DNA of 34,254 nucleotides from Candidatus Saccharimonadota bacterium (GCA_028289135.1 JAQGGW010000002.1:1-34254), one strand, 5' to 3'; shown: positions 9,122 through 18,277, numbered from the stretch's first letter. Notes: a model not told the origin generated them from the sequence alone. Translations and numbers: made by a program.

Positions 9122-9137
9122 GACTTCAAGTATACCA

Positions 9138-9262
9138 AGAACTTTCATACGGTAGTGCAGTTTGAGATGAAAGCCGAGCACAAAAGCTGAGTCGTACAGA
9201 ACGGTACGGTGAGGCTTTTTGACACAGGCTTTCGCTCAAAATGTGCACCGTATGGAAGTTCT
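9138..9262. repeat. ~125-bp imperfect palindrome with CGTAC-N-GTACG apex (REP/MITE-like)
   Basis: Nested pairings AGAACTTTCATACGGT/ACCGTATGGAAGTTCT, TTTGAG/CTCAAA, GAAAGCC/GGCTTTC, AAAAGC/GCTTTT and CGTAC/GTACG. Its core is shared with 25850-25873. Confidence 0.75.
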
Positions 9263-9626
9263 AGCCAAGTTTTTCTTTAACCAGCTCCGCCACCTGTTTT
9301 GGTGTCATGTCGGCCTTTACAATAAACGCGCTAACGTTAAGTGTCTTCAAGATCTCGGGCGCCTCTTGTTCGCCCATGTTGGTAAGGATAATAACCTTAA
9401 TATCTTTGCCCCAGTCGGTCTTGCGGAGCGCCACCAAGACTTCGTCGCCGTTCATTTCGGGCATCATTAGGTCCAAAAGCACAATATCAGGATGCATTTT
9501 CTCAATAAGCTCCAGGCCGAGTTTGCCGTTTTCGGCACTTTGGACTTCGTAGCCCTCGGTTTCGAACTTGATGCTATACATCTGCGAAATAGCGGAATCA
9601 TCTTCAACAATAGCAATTTTCGTCAT
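9261..9626 (-). CDS. Single-domain response regulator (receiver only)
   Basis: Motifs IAIVEDD, PDIVLLDLMMPEMNG, VIILTN and FIVKA; 121 aa. Confidence 0.95.
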   Translation of the reverse strand: MTKIAIVEDDSAISQMYSIKFETEGYEVQSAENGKLGLELIEKMHPDIVLLDLMMPEMNGDEVLVALRKTDWGKDIKVIILTNMGEQEAPEILKTLNVSAFIVKADMTPKQVAELVKEKLG

Positions 9627-9672
9627 AATACTATAATACTATGAATAACCTCAAAATAAACAAACGAGGTAC

Positions 9673-9701
9673 TTGCAAAATTAACGTGCTTATGGTATAA
9701 T
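9673..9701 (+). promoter_or_regulatory. Sigma70-type promoter giving a probably leaderless transcript
   Basis: TTGCAA-17 nt-TATAAT with an extended TG; the ATG follows 6 nt later at 9708. Confidence 0.65.
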
Positions 9702-9707
9702 GCTAAG

Positions 9708-10487
9708 ATGATCGAAACTATCAACCAGTTAACGGGGCTTGCACAGGCTAGTACTATGTATTATCCGCCTGGTATGGCAGGACGCTTAAAGCTAGCTGGT
9801 GAAGTTACAGCTAAGGCAATTCCCGATTCTATACATAACACTAGTGAAAGCGTAAGAGGTAAGATTAGAAATAGGTCTATAGGTGCTCTTTCTTTAGCTA
9901 TAATTACAGGTGCCCAAGTATATGCTGATGATAATATTTTTTACGGTATATTCTCTAAAGTTAAGGAAATGGCCGGCAATAGTGTTGGCGTAGCCTGGGG
10001 CGTTACATCGGTGGTTGCGGCTGCAGGACAGACTTTTTTCGCACGCAAAAATCAAAAACACATCGCTACTGAGTTAGCTGCCCAGGCTTACGAGCGAAAG
10101 CCAGAAGTAGCTCCTGCCGAAACATTTACGGATAGATTCAGTGAACGTTTTGATGCTGTTAAAGAACACACTAGAAAAGCGAGTGTAACGCTCTTAGCGC
10201 TTGGCGTACCAGGTCATGTTATGGTGGAGCCTATGACGAAGAAAGAAGTGTGGGCTCATGGAATTTTCTGGGGAGCAACTGCACCCGCCTTTTATACCGT
10301 TGCAAATATAAGCTTTGGTGCACTTGATAATCCAGTAGCCCCTTTTGGGGTAGCTGCTTTGTTATCAGCCACGCGTTATATTAATAATAGTTGGGAACGT
10401 GCAGGGGAAGTTGCGAACCTGAATGTAATGGACGCAGCCTCAAGAGAAGCCATTTCATTGCCAGTTGGTACCCCTAACGTAGCGTAA
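9708..10487 (+). CDS. Hypothetical membrane-associated protein
   Basis: 259-aa ORF with several moderately hydrophobic Gly/Ala-rich segments and a clear promoter; no family recognised. Confidence 0.7.
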   Translation: MIETINQLTGLAQASTMYYPPGMAGRLKLAGEVTAKAIPDSIHNTSESVRGKIRNRSIGALSLAIITGAQVYADDNIFYGIFSKVKEMAGNSVGVAWGVTSVVAAAGQTFFARKNQKHIATELAAQAYERKPEVAPAETFTDRFSERFDAVKEHTRKASVTLLALGVPGHVMVEPMTKKEVWAHGIFWGATAPAFYTVANISFGALDNPVAPFGVAALLSATRYINNSWERAGEVANLNVMDAASREAISLPVGTPNVA

Positions 10488-10553
10488 GAATCATTTTATG
10501 GTACGATAGGCTTAGTAAAAAATATAAAAAAGTTTATGGCCACTTAAGTAATT

Positions 10554-11312
10554 ATGAACACTACTGTGCCTCAAACAGATTATGAATCATTTGATCCAGC
10601 AGCTTACTTGCAGGAGTATTATCTTGAGGTCGGTCCCGAAAACAAGTTTTTAGTTGAAACTGCTGCCAGGGCGTATAAAGACTTTCCTAATGATTCACTG
10701 GATATTCTAGAAGTTGGCGGTGGTCCAACAGTGTATCAAATCATAAGCTCTGCCCGTGCTGCAAAAACTATCCATTTTAGCGACTACTCTCAAAACAATC
10801 TTGATGAAGTCCAGGACTGGCTAAATGGGGATGGATTTAACTGGGAAGCCTACATTAAGGTGGGCTTAAAAGCCGAAGGTGTGGCCTCGGACCACGACGC
10901 TGTAATGCAGCGAAAAGCCGAAATGCAGCACAAAGTAACAAAGCTATCCCGCTATGACATTATTAGCGATACAATGCTTGCTACCGGCCAAGATACCTAT
11001 GACCTCGTCTCATGTGTATTTGCCTCTGATGCCATCACGCATTCCGTGGAAGGATGGAAAAATGTCCTGCTAAACCTTGCAAAACGTATTAAGAGCGGGG
11101 GTCAGCTGGTACTTGTGGGCGTAACAGGTTCAAATGCCTGGGTAATGGGTGGTAAGTCATTCAAGGCCACCAATCTGTCAGAGGAAGTTATACGAAAAAC
11201 ACTTAGTGAAGTTGGCTTTACTATTGAGCTTTACGAAAGTACGCCGGCAGAAGACGGCCAAGAACATGGTTATGACGGTGTTTTTTACCTAAGAGCAAGA
11301 AAACAGAATTAA
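10554..11312 (+). CDS. NNMT/PNMT/TEMT-family SAM-dependent methyltransferase
   Basis: FDPAAYLQEYY, LEVGGGPTVYQIIS, SDYSQNNLDEVQDWL, FNWEAY, YDLVSCVF and KSGGQLVLVG parallel the NNMT/PNMT motifs. Confidence 0.85.
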   Translation: MNTTVPQTDYESFDPAAYLQEYYLEVGPENKFLVETAARAYKDFPNDSLDILEVGGGPTVYQIISSARAAKTIHFSDYSQNNLDEVQDWLNGDGFNWEAYIKVGLKAEGVASDHDAVMQRKAEMQHKVTKLSRYDIISDTMLATGQDTYDLVSCVFASDAITHSVEGWKNVLLNLAKRIKSGGQLVLVGVTGSNAWVMGGKSFKATNLSEEVIRKTLSEVGFTIELYESTPAEDGQEHGYDGVFYLRARKQN

Positions 11313-11316
11313 AAAT

Positions 11317-12708
11317 ATGCGCATCTTAAGAATAAAAAAGCCTAAAAAAACCCAGCCTTTGTCGCAGCACCCTCGTGAATTTATAGAAGAATTATTAAAT
11401 ATCGTAATTTATCAACTATACGGAATAGAATATAGCGCTGTTGTGGCGCACCCGGCAAAAACGGTGGCCGCAAAAACCGCGCATAAGATTGACTATGTAT
11501 TTACGAGCTTTGAATTAGCGAACGGCATGGACCAGTCACCAATAAAAGTTTCAGACGAAATTGCTACCCAGATTATCCGCTGGATAGAAAAGAAAAAGCC
11601 AAACTCCCTACAAGACATAAAGCTTGAATCCGTAAATGGGTATGTTAACTTTGAACTTTCCGAGAAATATCTTTCGGAAGCGGCTTATTATGTCGCGCAC
11701 TGGCTCCAAAGACCCCAAGACCGCCAAAAGAAAAGTAAACGAATGAGAATTTTGGTCGAAGGTCCTGTTTTGGGCGAGGACCCCGAAACCAAACCGGTAA
11801 ATGAAACGTTTTCATTTGTGCGGGAGCTTTATGGGGCGGCGGGCTACAGTGTGCTTAGTAAGTATCTTATGTCTGACGCTTCAGAAGACGCAGCTAAAAA
11901 GTCCGCGCCTGGGTTAATGGAAAGCAACAATTTCCGTTTGATGCCAAAAGGACACAACCCAGTGGTAGAATCCGCGCAGTTTGAACGCCGGGTGCGTAAG
12001 CTGCTAAACGGTCAAGTAGCGGCCAAAAGTGACGAAGCTTTAGCGCAACGGATACTTAAACTGCAAAAGAACTATCTGGAACGCTGTATTAAAGAATTAA
12101 AAAAGAGCAATCTTAACCCTGAGGATTTAGTAGCCGAATCTGCATTGACAAAAAAAGTCCATGAATGGCTAGATACAACGGCTAAAAAACGTGATCATAT
12201 AATCTTTAGTACATCTAACCAGTCGGCTTACTACCACATACCGGTTGGGCCTATGGCATCCCTAAGAACTGCGAACGGGTCACTTTTTAGAGCGGCGTAT
12301 CTGTTATATAGCCTTGACACCGTACTTAGCCACGAATCAAGCCGTCATGACTTATTGGTGGCGATCGTACCTAAAAAATACCACCAGCTTTTGTACGGGC
12401 ACGCCGACCTATTAGGAGCAAATATCTCCTACAAAACATTTATCTGTATTGACCCAGAATTTGTATATACAACGCTCCCGCTACGACGCAAAAGTTTGGG
12501 CGCACTGAGCATAGCTTCACAAAAGATAGCCCATGGGCTGGCAAGCGCCCTGCATAAAAACGTGCATAATGGCGAGGCCCGTTCTAGCTTGGTTGGCTTG
12601 GTAGATTTCCCGGTTGAACTTAACGAACTTGCGAGTCATGTCCGTCTTTTAGAAGTTTTTGCACTCATTACCAGCAGCGTGGCTAACGCGGAAGAGTTTT
12701 TAAGTTAA
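11317..12708 (+). CDS. Degenerate arginyl-tRNA synthetase-like protein (no HIGH motif)
   Basis: ArgRS N-domain-like DY...FELA....SP..VSDEIA...VNGYVNF. This is followed by RILVE, GYSV...LMSD, VAES and LRTANG, in the same order as the ArgRS core. Confidence 0.6.
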   Translation: MRILRIKKPKKTQPLSQHPREFIEELLNIVIYQLYGIEYSAVVAHPAKTVAAKTAHKIDYVFTSFELANGMDQSPIKVSDEIATQIIRWIEKKKPNSLQDIKLESVNGYVNFELSEKYLSEAAYYVAHWLQRPQDRQKKSKRMRILVEGPVLGEDPETKPVNETFSFVRELYGAAGYSVLSKYLMSDASEDAAKKSAPGLMESNNFRLMPKGHNPVVESAQFERRVRKLLNGQVAAKSDEALAQRILKLQKNYLERCIKELKKSNLNPEDLVAESALTKKVHEWLDTTAKKRDHIIFSTSNQSAYYHIPVGPMASLRTANGSLFRAAYLLYSLDTVLSHESSRHDLLVAIVPKKYHQLLYGHADLLGANISYKTFICIDPEFVYTTLPLRRKSLGALSIASQKIAHGLASALHKNVHNGEARSSLVGLVDFPVELNELASHVRLLEVFALITSSVANAEEFLS

Positions 12709-13913
12709 ACCCGGTCAGCTAAAATTTCATGTATATCACGGCTTATTAGCATTGGCCGGTCAATCTTAATATCCCCGTATAATAAAAAGTTTGATTTAGA
12801 CCCGTAGCCTCCGTACTGGCCGTTACCAAACTCGACATCGTTAACAATTTGGTTTTCCACTACGGTTGCAAACCCCAACTTCTTTTTGAGGTTTTCATCA
12901 CTTCCAAATAAGCATATATACATCGTGTGATCCTTAAAATCTTGGGACAAAAGCGTCCGTTCCAGCTCTGAGGTGTTGTTGTATTCCAAAATATAAAATA
13001 CGGGCGCGAAAAATTCATGAAAACTCTCGGTGCCGTGTTCTTGTAAAGTTTTTCTGACAATGCTCGGATATACTAAATGCTTGTCGTAGTCTATCTCGCC
13101 CCCAAAAGCTAGGTTTTCGCGTTCTTTGGTTAAAAATTCTTTTAACTTTTCAATGTAAGTGTTTTTAATAGTTTTACTGACCCGTACTTTCGGATCGGCC
13201 GAACTGCCAACTTTTATATTTTCTAATTCTTGCTGCAGCTTTCCTACGAACAAGTCAGACAATGTGTGCGGGACAAAAAAAGCGTCTGGTCCGGCACAAT
13301 CTTGGCCACTGTTAAAACAGCGCATCTCGACTGCTTTTTGTACGGCAAGATCAATATCGGCGTTTTCTAGTACAACAAATGGATTTATGCCGCTGCCGTT
13401 ATAAACCAGCAAGGCTTGCGGGCACTTTTTATGTATATCAAGTGCATTTTCGTATTTGCCCGTAAAGATTATGACATCCGATTCATAAGCGTAAAGGTCC
13501 ATAAAAATATAGCGCTGTACTGCGTGCAGGGAAATGTTTGGAAAAAGGTCATTGATCTTGAGGTAACTATAAAGTTCGGTTAAGACTTCATGCATAACTT
13601 CGGGCGGGCGTATGAATACGTTTTTAGCAAAGGCACTTGGGGCGATTCCAAAGATAACTAGGGAGTAGATGGGCAGGTTTAGCGGAAAGAAAGTCGAAAT
13701 AGTTAGGCTATCCAGTGGCTTTTTGATTGGACTAAATTCTTCTTCCAGACCTTTTAGGGTCGCGATAGCACGATCAATCTCATCATTTGCGGTCTCGTAT
13801 GTTTCGTACTTAGATAATATAGACACAAGTTCATACCTCTGCTGGGAAATCTTTTGAGCAAGGCGGAGACACGAGGCAAAGTAACTGGTTGCTGGGGGAC
13901 TGGTTTTTATCAT
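12705..13913 (-). CDS. Aldehyde dehydrogenase-superfamily protein (short, atypical)
   Basis: Motifs FFPLNLP, IIFTG, GSGINPFVV, ADIDLAV, FNSGQDC (catalytic Cys), EFFAPVF and YGGYG. Confidence 0.85.
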   Translation of the reverse strand: MIKTSPPATSYFASCLRLAQKISQQRYELVSILSKYETYETANDEIDRAIATLKGLEEEFSPIKKPLDSLTISTFFPLNLPIYSLVIFGIAPSAFAKNVFIRPPEVMHEVLTELYSYLKINDLFPNISLHAVQRYIFMDLYAYESDVIIFTGKYENALDIHKKCPQALLVYNGSGINPFVVLENADIDLAVQKAVEMRCFNSGQDCAGPDAFFVPHTLSDLFVGKLQQELENIKVGSSADPKVRVSKTIKNTYIEKLKEFLTKERENLAFGGEIDYDKHLVYPSIVRKTLQEHGTESFHEFFAPVFYILEYNNTSELERTLLSQDFKDHTMYICLFGSDENLKKKLGFATVVENQIVNDVEFGNGQYGGYGSKSNFLLYGDIKIDRPMLISRDIHEILADRV

Positions 13914-13981
13914 GTATTTTTCTTTTTAAATATGCTTATGGTTATATAATCTTTGATTCCATTATATGTTACTATACCATT

Positions 13982-14860
13982 ATGCTTACTAACATTGGTC
14001 AAACTACAGAATCAAAACCAAAAAGTAGCTTCTTCAAAAATGCCTTCAACTTGATAATTGTTTTACTTATAGCCGTAACGCTTGGCATGTGGATTGGTGT
14101 ACACGTCAACGGAACGACAGAGGCTAATCTTAACTATTACTTCTCTTTGATGCTTGGTTTGCTGCCTTTTGTAGCCAGCTTTAAGGGCTTTTTAGCGGCA
14201 AAGAAATGGGGCGGGTTTTCTAGTGTACTTGGCCGTTCGATAGCGGCACTGTCGGCTGGGCTCTTTTTCTGGGGTGCCGGCGAACTGGTATGGTCCTATT
14301 ACAACTTGGTTATTCACCAGGCCGCACCATATCCATCAGTAGCAGATATCTTGTTTGTGCCAGGTTTTATATTTTGGATTATGAGTTCGCTGTTTTTGCT
14401 TAAGTTAGCAGGTGTTAGCCTTGTACTAAAAAAACGGCCTATACTCTGGTGGCTCGTCGGCATTCTGCTTATAGGAGGCACAGCACTTTCGTATTATTTA
14501 CTTGTATATTTAGCGCGCGGTAACGTGCTTTTGACCGATTCAGCAAACCCAACAAAAGTATTCTTGGATATTTATTATCCTCTTGCCGACTTTATATCGT
14601 TTACTCTTGTAACAATTATTGTTGCCGTATCAGGCAAATACATCGGTGGAAAACTAAAAATGCCTATTTTCTTAGTAATGTTTGGGCTTGCGATCATGTA
14701 CATTGGCGACATTGTATTTGGCTATACCACCACAAAAGGTACTTTTTATAATGGAAGCCGCGGGGACCTTATCTTGTTACTCGGCATTAGCGTGCTTTCA
14801 ATCGCCGTACTCAAATATGCTGAAGCTGCTCCAAAGTTAACAGGACAAGGCGAGGGCTAA
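13982..14860 (+). CDS. Stand-alone polytopic membrane protein (sensor-like domain)
   Basis: About 8 TM helices with motifs GELVWSYY, PYPSVADILF and YYPLAD. The likely start is ATG 13982, 6 nt after TGTTACTAT. Confidence 0.75.
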   Translation: MLTNIGQTTESKPKSSFFKNAFNLIIVLLIAVTLGMWIGVHVNGTTEANLNYYFSLMLGLLPFVASFKGFLAAKKWGGFSSVLGRSIAALSAGLFFWGAGELVWSYYNLVIHQAAPYPSVADILFVPGFIFWIMSSLFLLKLAGVSLVLKKRPILWWLVGILLIGGTALSYYLLVYLARGNVLLTDSANPTKVFLDIYYPLADFISFTLVTIIVAVSGKYIGGKLKMPIFLVMFGLAIMYIGDIVFGYTTTKGTFYNGSRGDLILLLGISVLSIAVLKYAEAAPKLTGQGEG

Positions 14861-14865
14861 ATATA

Positions 14866-15144
14866 ATGGATGTGTACGCTCAAATTGCGGAAAGGATCAT
14901 CTCCCAACAGGAAACAATTATCGGTCCTGTTGCTGTTGAGCGGGCAATGACCGTCAAAGGACTTGCGCTTGATTGGCCTAATCATACGGTGACCATAACC
15001 GGCAACGAACCAGCTGTTATAGACCATCTTGTTGCGCAGTACAAACAGCTATTTGGGCAGATTTCGGTTGAGGTATGTAAAGAGGCGGTGGGACGCTTGA
15101 GCCAGCAGCTAACTCCTGAGCAGTTACCCGCTTCGCTTCGTTAA
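14866..15144 (+). CDS. Small (92 aa) helical protein between the membrane protein and the kinase
   Basis: Tight operon spacing (5 nt and 16 nt), GAGG SD, and a pseudo-repeated helix pattern (QQETIIGPVA / QYKQLFGQIS). Confidence 0.75.
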   Translation: MDVYAQIAERIISQQETIIGPVAVERAMTVKGLALDWPNHTVTITGNEPAVIDHLVAQYKQLFGQISVEVCKEAVGRLSQQLTPEQLPASLR

Positions 15145-15160
15145 ATAGGGGCGGCTACGT

Positions 15161-16588
15161 ATGGCTCTGCTTAGATCAAAAACTTCTGCTTCAGCCCCCG
15201 CTTCGTCCGCGGCACCTGTAGTTGATACCAGCCACATTGCCCAAGAAGTATACCGCAAGAACGTTGAGCTGGCGCACACCAACCAGACGCTGTCGCTGCT
15301 GCGCACCATCGACAACCTGGTGTTGGAGTCCCAAACTGGCCTTGATACCCTGACAAAAGGCGTCGCTGACGCCGTGATAGCCAACTCAAACTATCCGTTT
15401 AGCGCCATTTTCCTTCGTCCGCGTGATGAACTAAAAGTTCCGATGGTTCTAAAAGGCTTTAAAACCCAGGTTACGCCTGAGAATTTTGACATGGCAAGCT
15501 TTAACATGGTAGAAGCCTGCGCCGTTGCGGGTTGGGCTGATTCTGTCAGCCAGTGTGTGGTTATCGACCTGCTTGCGACAGATAAAACAGTACTGAACGC
15601 AACGTTTAAAAAAGAAGCTCCCAAGGTGTTAGACCTGGCCAAAAAGCTGCAATGCCAGGCGCTATGTTTTATAAAACTGCTGGCCCGCAAGGATCTGGTC
15701 GGGCTTTTGGTCGTCGGCGTGGCCCAGGCGGCTTCGACGATAAAACTCGAAGACCTGGAGCACATTGGCCGAATTGGCGAAGCGGTGGGGATCGCCATCG
15801 ACAACAAACTGCTGTTCGAAGAAAACCAAGCGGTATTAAAGAAGTTAAAACAGTCCAACCAAAAACTTAAGGCGCTCGACGAGGCCAAGGATGAGTTTAT
15901 TAGCATGGCGTCGCACCAGCTTCGCACACCTTTGACCTCTGTAAAGGGCTATGTTTCGATGGTGCTGGAGGGTGATGTGGGCAAGGTGAGCAGCCAGCAA
16001 CGCGAAATGCTCGAACAGGCTTTTGCCTCCAGCCAGCGGATGGTTTATCTTATTGCCGATTTGTTAAACGTCTCCCGCCTAAAAACCGGCAAATTTGTAA
16101 TCGAAACCGCGCCAACCTACCTCCCAGACGTGGTCGAAACAGAGATGAAACAGTTGCTTGAGTCCGCCAAAGCCCGCAACCTGGAGCTGATTTTTGACAG
16201 ACCGGCCGAGTTCCCGATGTTAAACCTCGATGAAACCAAAACCCGCCAGGTCATTATGAACTTTATGGACAACGCCATCTACTACACCCCGGCTGGCGGC
16301 CATATCCGTGTAGAACTTTTGGCCACCGATAAAGTGGTGGAATATAAGGTTGTAGACGACGGCCTGGGCGTACCAAAAGCCGAAATGGCGCACCTCTTTA
16401 CCAAGTTCTACCGGGCAGGCAACGCCAAAAAAGCCCGCCCAGACGGCACCGGCCTTGGCCTGTTTATGGCCAAAAAAGTAGTCATTGCCCAGGGCGGCAG
16501 CATTATATTTGAAAGTGAAGAAAACAAAGGAAGTACCTTTGGCTTTTCTTTCCCGCGCGCGGCCTTGGAAGTCAAAAAAACATCGTAA
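15161..16588 (+). CDS. Soluble GAF-domain histidine kinase
   Basis: GAF-like segment LVGLLVVG...IGEAVGIAIDN; H-box FISMASHQLRTPLT; N-box NFMDNAIYYT; DDGLGV; LFTKFYR; GTGLGLF. No TM helix is evident. Confidence 0.93.
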   Translation: MALLRSKTSASAPASSAAPVVDTSHIAQEVYRKNVELAHTNQTLSLLRTIDNLVLESQTGLDTLTKGVADAVIANSNYPFSAIFLRPRDELKVPMVLKGFKTQVTPENFDMASFNMVEACAVAGWADSVSQCVVIDLLATDKTVLNATFKKEAPKVLDLAKKLQCQALCFIKLLARKDLVGLLVVGVAQAASTIKLEDLEHIGRIGEAVGIAIDNKLLFEENQAVLKKLKQSNQKLKALDEAKDEFISMASHQLRTPLTSVKGYVSMVLEGDVGKVSSQQREMLEQAFASSQRMVYLIADLLNVSRLKTGKFVIETAPTYLPDVVETEMKQLLESAKARNLELIFDRPAEFPMLNLDETKTRQVIMNFMDNAIYYTPAGGHIRVELLATDKVVEYKVVDDGLGVPKAEMAHLFTKFYRAGNAKKARPDGTGLGLFMAKKVVIAQGGSIIFESEENKGSTFGFSFPRAALEVKKTS

Positions 16589-16639
16589 TTTTTTGAATAA
16601 ACTCCTGCTAACAGGGGTAAATTAAACTTAAGCATAATA

Positions 16640-16668
16640 TTGACAATACTCTAATTGTGTGGTACTAT
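16640..16668 (+). promoter_or_regulatory. Sigma70-type promoter for the surface-protein operon
   Basis: TTGACA-17 nt-TACTAT with an extended TG; GGGAGG SD upstream of ATG 16754. Confidence 0.7.
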
Positions 16669-16753
16669 GTAGCCATAACTGCGCGAACCATAAGGGTCGA
16701 AGCAGGAATCTTAGGTATGAGGATACCTAGGCTAACCAGGGAGGATTAAGTTT

Positions 16754-18277
16754 ATGGGTGAAATAAGTAGAACTGCACGTTTCGGTATGCCATTGGCCGC
16801 ATTAGGCATTGCTCTAGGCGCCGTTGGATGTGCCACAGGACCAAATAATGGTGGTGGTAAACAAGAACTGGCTACAGCAATGTCAATAGATGGCACAGAT
16901 TCAAGTATGCTTGATGATGCTGTAACAGACGTAACAACCGAAGCCCGAACTGAGACTACTGTCCTAGCTACGGATCCAACAGATGTTTCTGTTGCTCCTA
17001 CTGACAGCGTAGACACGACTGACAATCAGGACGTGGCTGATAGCTTGGTTCCTGTCGTAACTTCAACTACTGCAGCTCCAACTACTGCAGCTCCAACAAC
17101 AACTGCTTCAACAGTAGCTGCTTCCATTGATTCCGTTCCTGTAACGCCTGATACATTAAGCCCAGAAGACCAGGCTGCGCTCGACGAAGCAATTACAATT
17201 GCTACATATGATCCAAATGCCTGCGTAGACCTAGTTAAATTTATCGCACCCGACCAGGTTATCTCACTTCCTAACGGCGGCGACTTCGTAAAATTCACGG
17301 TTGGCGCTTTAAACAATAGCGACCGCGTATCTTCAGATGACCTTAGCACTCCTATTGAGTCAGTTGACCCAGTAGCGGGCTTGGTTGAAGTACAAGAAGC
17401 TATCTGTGCCGATCCAGAACTTGGTATGCAGCTTGCAAAGGCATTTGCCGATATGCAGGTTGGAGGACACAACGTTGTTGACTTAAATGCATGGCTTGCA
17501 CCTTATGTAATGGACGCTAGCCAGATTAATGACAAGGCTAAAGAATTTATTCCTGGTCTTGACGTTAAAAAAGCAGATCTAACCGACGAAATCCGCCAAG
17601 CGGCAATCGCTAAGAACGCTGAATATGAAGATCTTGCAAGCAGAATGATTACACTCCTAGACAAATTTAAGAGTGCTGGTATTGGTCCGATGATTGGTAC
17701 TTTGAACTTCCATCTTGTAGCCGGCGGCTTAGAAGTTGGCCAGCTGCCAGAAGTAGAACAAGCTCCAGATGCTGACATAAAGCCCGCTCTACGATTGATC
17801 CTAGATGAAAAGAATGGCCGTTGTTTGGTAATGATTGGCTTCAACACTGAAGACAAGCGTTTCGAAGAGGGAACAGAATGTGTTCCTGCGATTGTACCTA
17901 CTACTCCAAACAGTTCTACTCCACCTGCAAACTCGACTGCGACAACGAATGGTACTCCTACTCCTACAACTCACCCAAACAGCACACCGTCTACATCCTC
18001 TACTCTTGATATTCCTACAACGTCTACTGGTACGACTACTCCTGTAGAAACTACGACTGCTACAACGCAGCCAATTAAATTGCCTAACGGTCCTAATGGT
18101 ACAACCCCTTCAGATACTGTAGAAACTCCTGTAACCCAGGGTACTAATGTTCCAACATCACAACAGGCACCTACGACTGCGCCTGCGACTACACCTGCAG
18201 TAACTTCACCTAACACACAACCAGGTACAACTATTAGCGGTACATCACCTGCAACAGTCCCAACTGGCGGATTTTAA
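16754..18277 (+). CDS. Putative lipoprotein with Thr/Pro/Ser-rich mucin-like regions
   Basis: Signal peptide with lipobox-like GAVGC; low-complexity T/P-rich N- and C-terminal arms flank an acidic globular core. Confidence 0.75.
   Translation: MGEISRTARFGMPLAALGIALGAVGCATGPNNGGGKQELATAMSIDGTDSSMLDDAVTDVTTEARTETTVLATDPTDVSVAPTDSVDTTDNQDVADSLVPVVTSTTAAPTTAAPTTTASTVAASIDSVPVTPDTLSPEDQAALDEAITIATYDPNACVDLVKFIAPDQVISLPNGGDFVKFTVGALNNSDRVSSDDLSTPIESVDPVAGLVEVQEAICADPELGMQLAKAFADMQVGGHNVVDLNAWLAPYVMDASQINDKAKEFIPGLDVKKADLTDEIRQAAIAKNAEYEDLASRMITLLDKFKSAGIGPMIGTLNFHLVAGGLEVGQLPEVEQAPDADIKPALRLILDEKNGRCLVMIGFNTEDKRFEEGTECVPAIVPTTPNSSTPPANSTATTNGTPTPTTHPNSTPSTSSTLDIPTTSTGTTTPVETTTATTQPIKLPNGPNGTTPSDTVETPVTQGTNVPTSQQAPTTAPATTPAVTSPNTQPGTTISGTSPATVPTGGF
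17064..17097 (+). repeat. 15-bp tandem repeat (TTAAP x2) within the lipoprotein gene
   Basis: CAACTACTGCAGCTC x2 followed by CAAC. Confidence 0.8.

Noticed and set aside
9122-9181. N-terminal extension of murL in the ORF track
   Set aside because: It overlaps the palindromic element and the -10 box; ATG 9121 is the better start.
2786-16620. AACAGGGGTAA at 2786-2796 and 16610-16620, both near promoters
   Set aside because: There are only two copies, at different positions relative to the -35; chance cannot be excluded.
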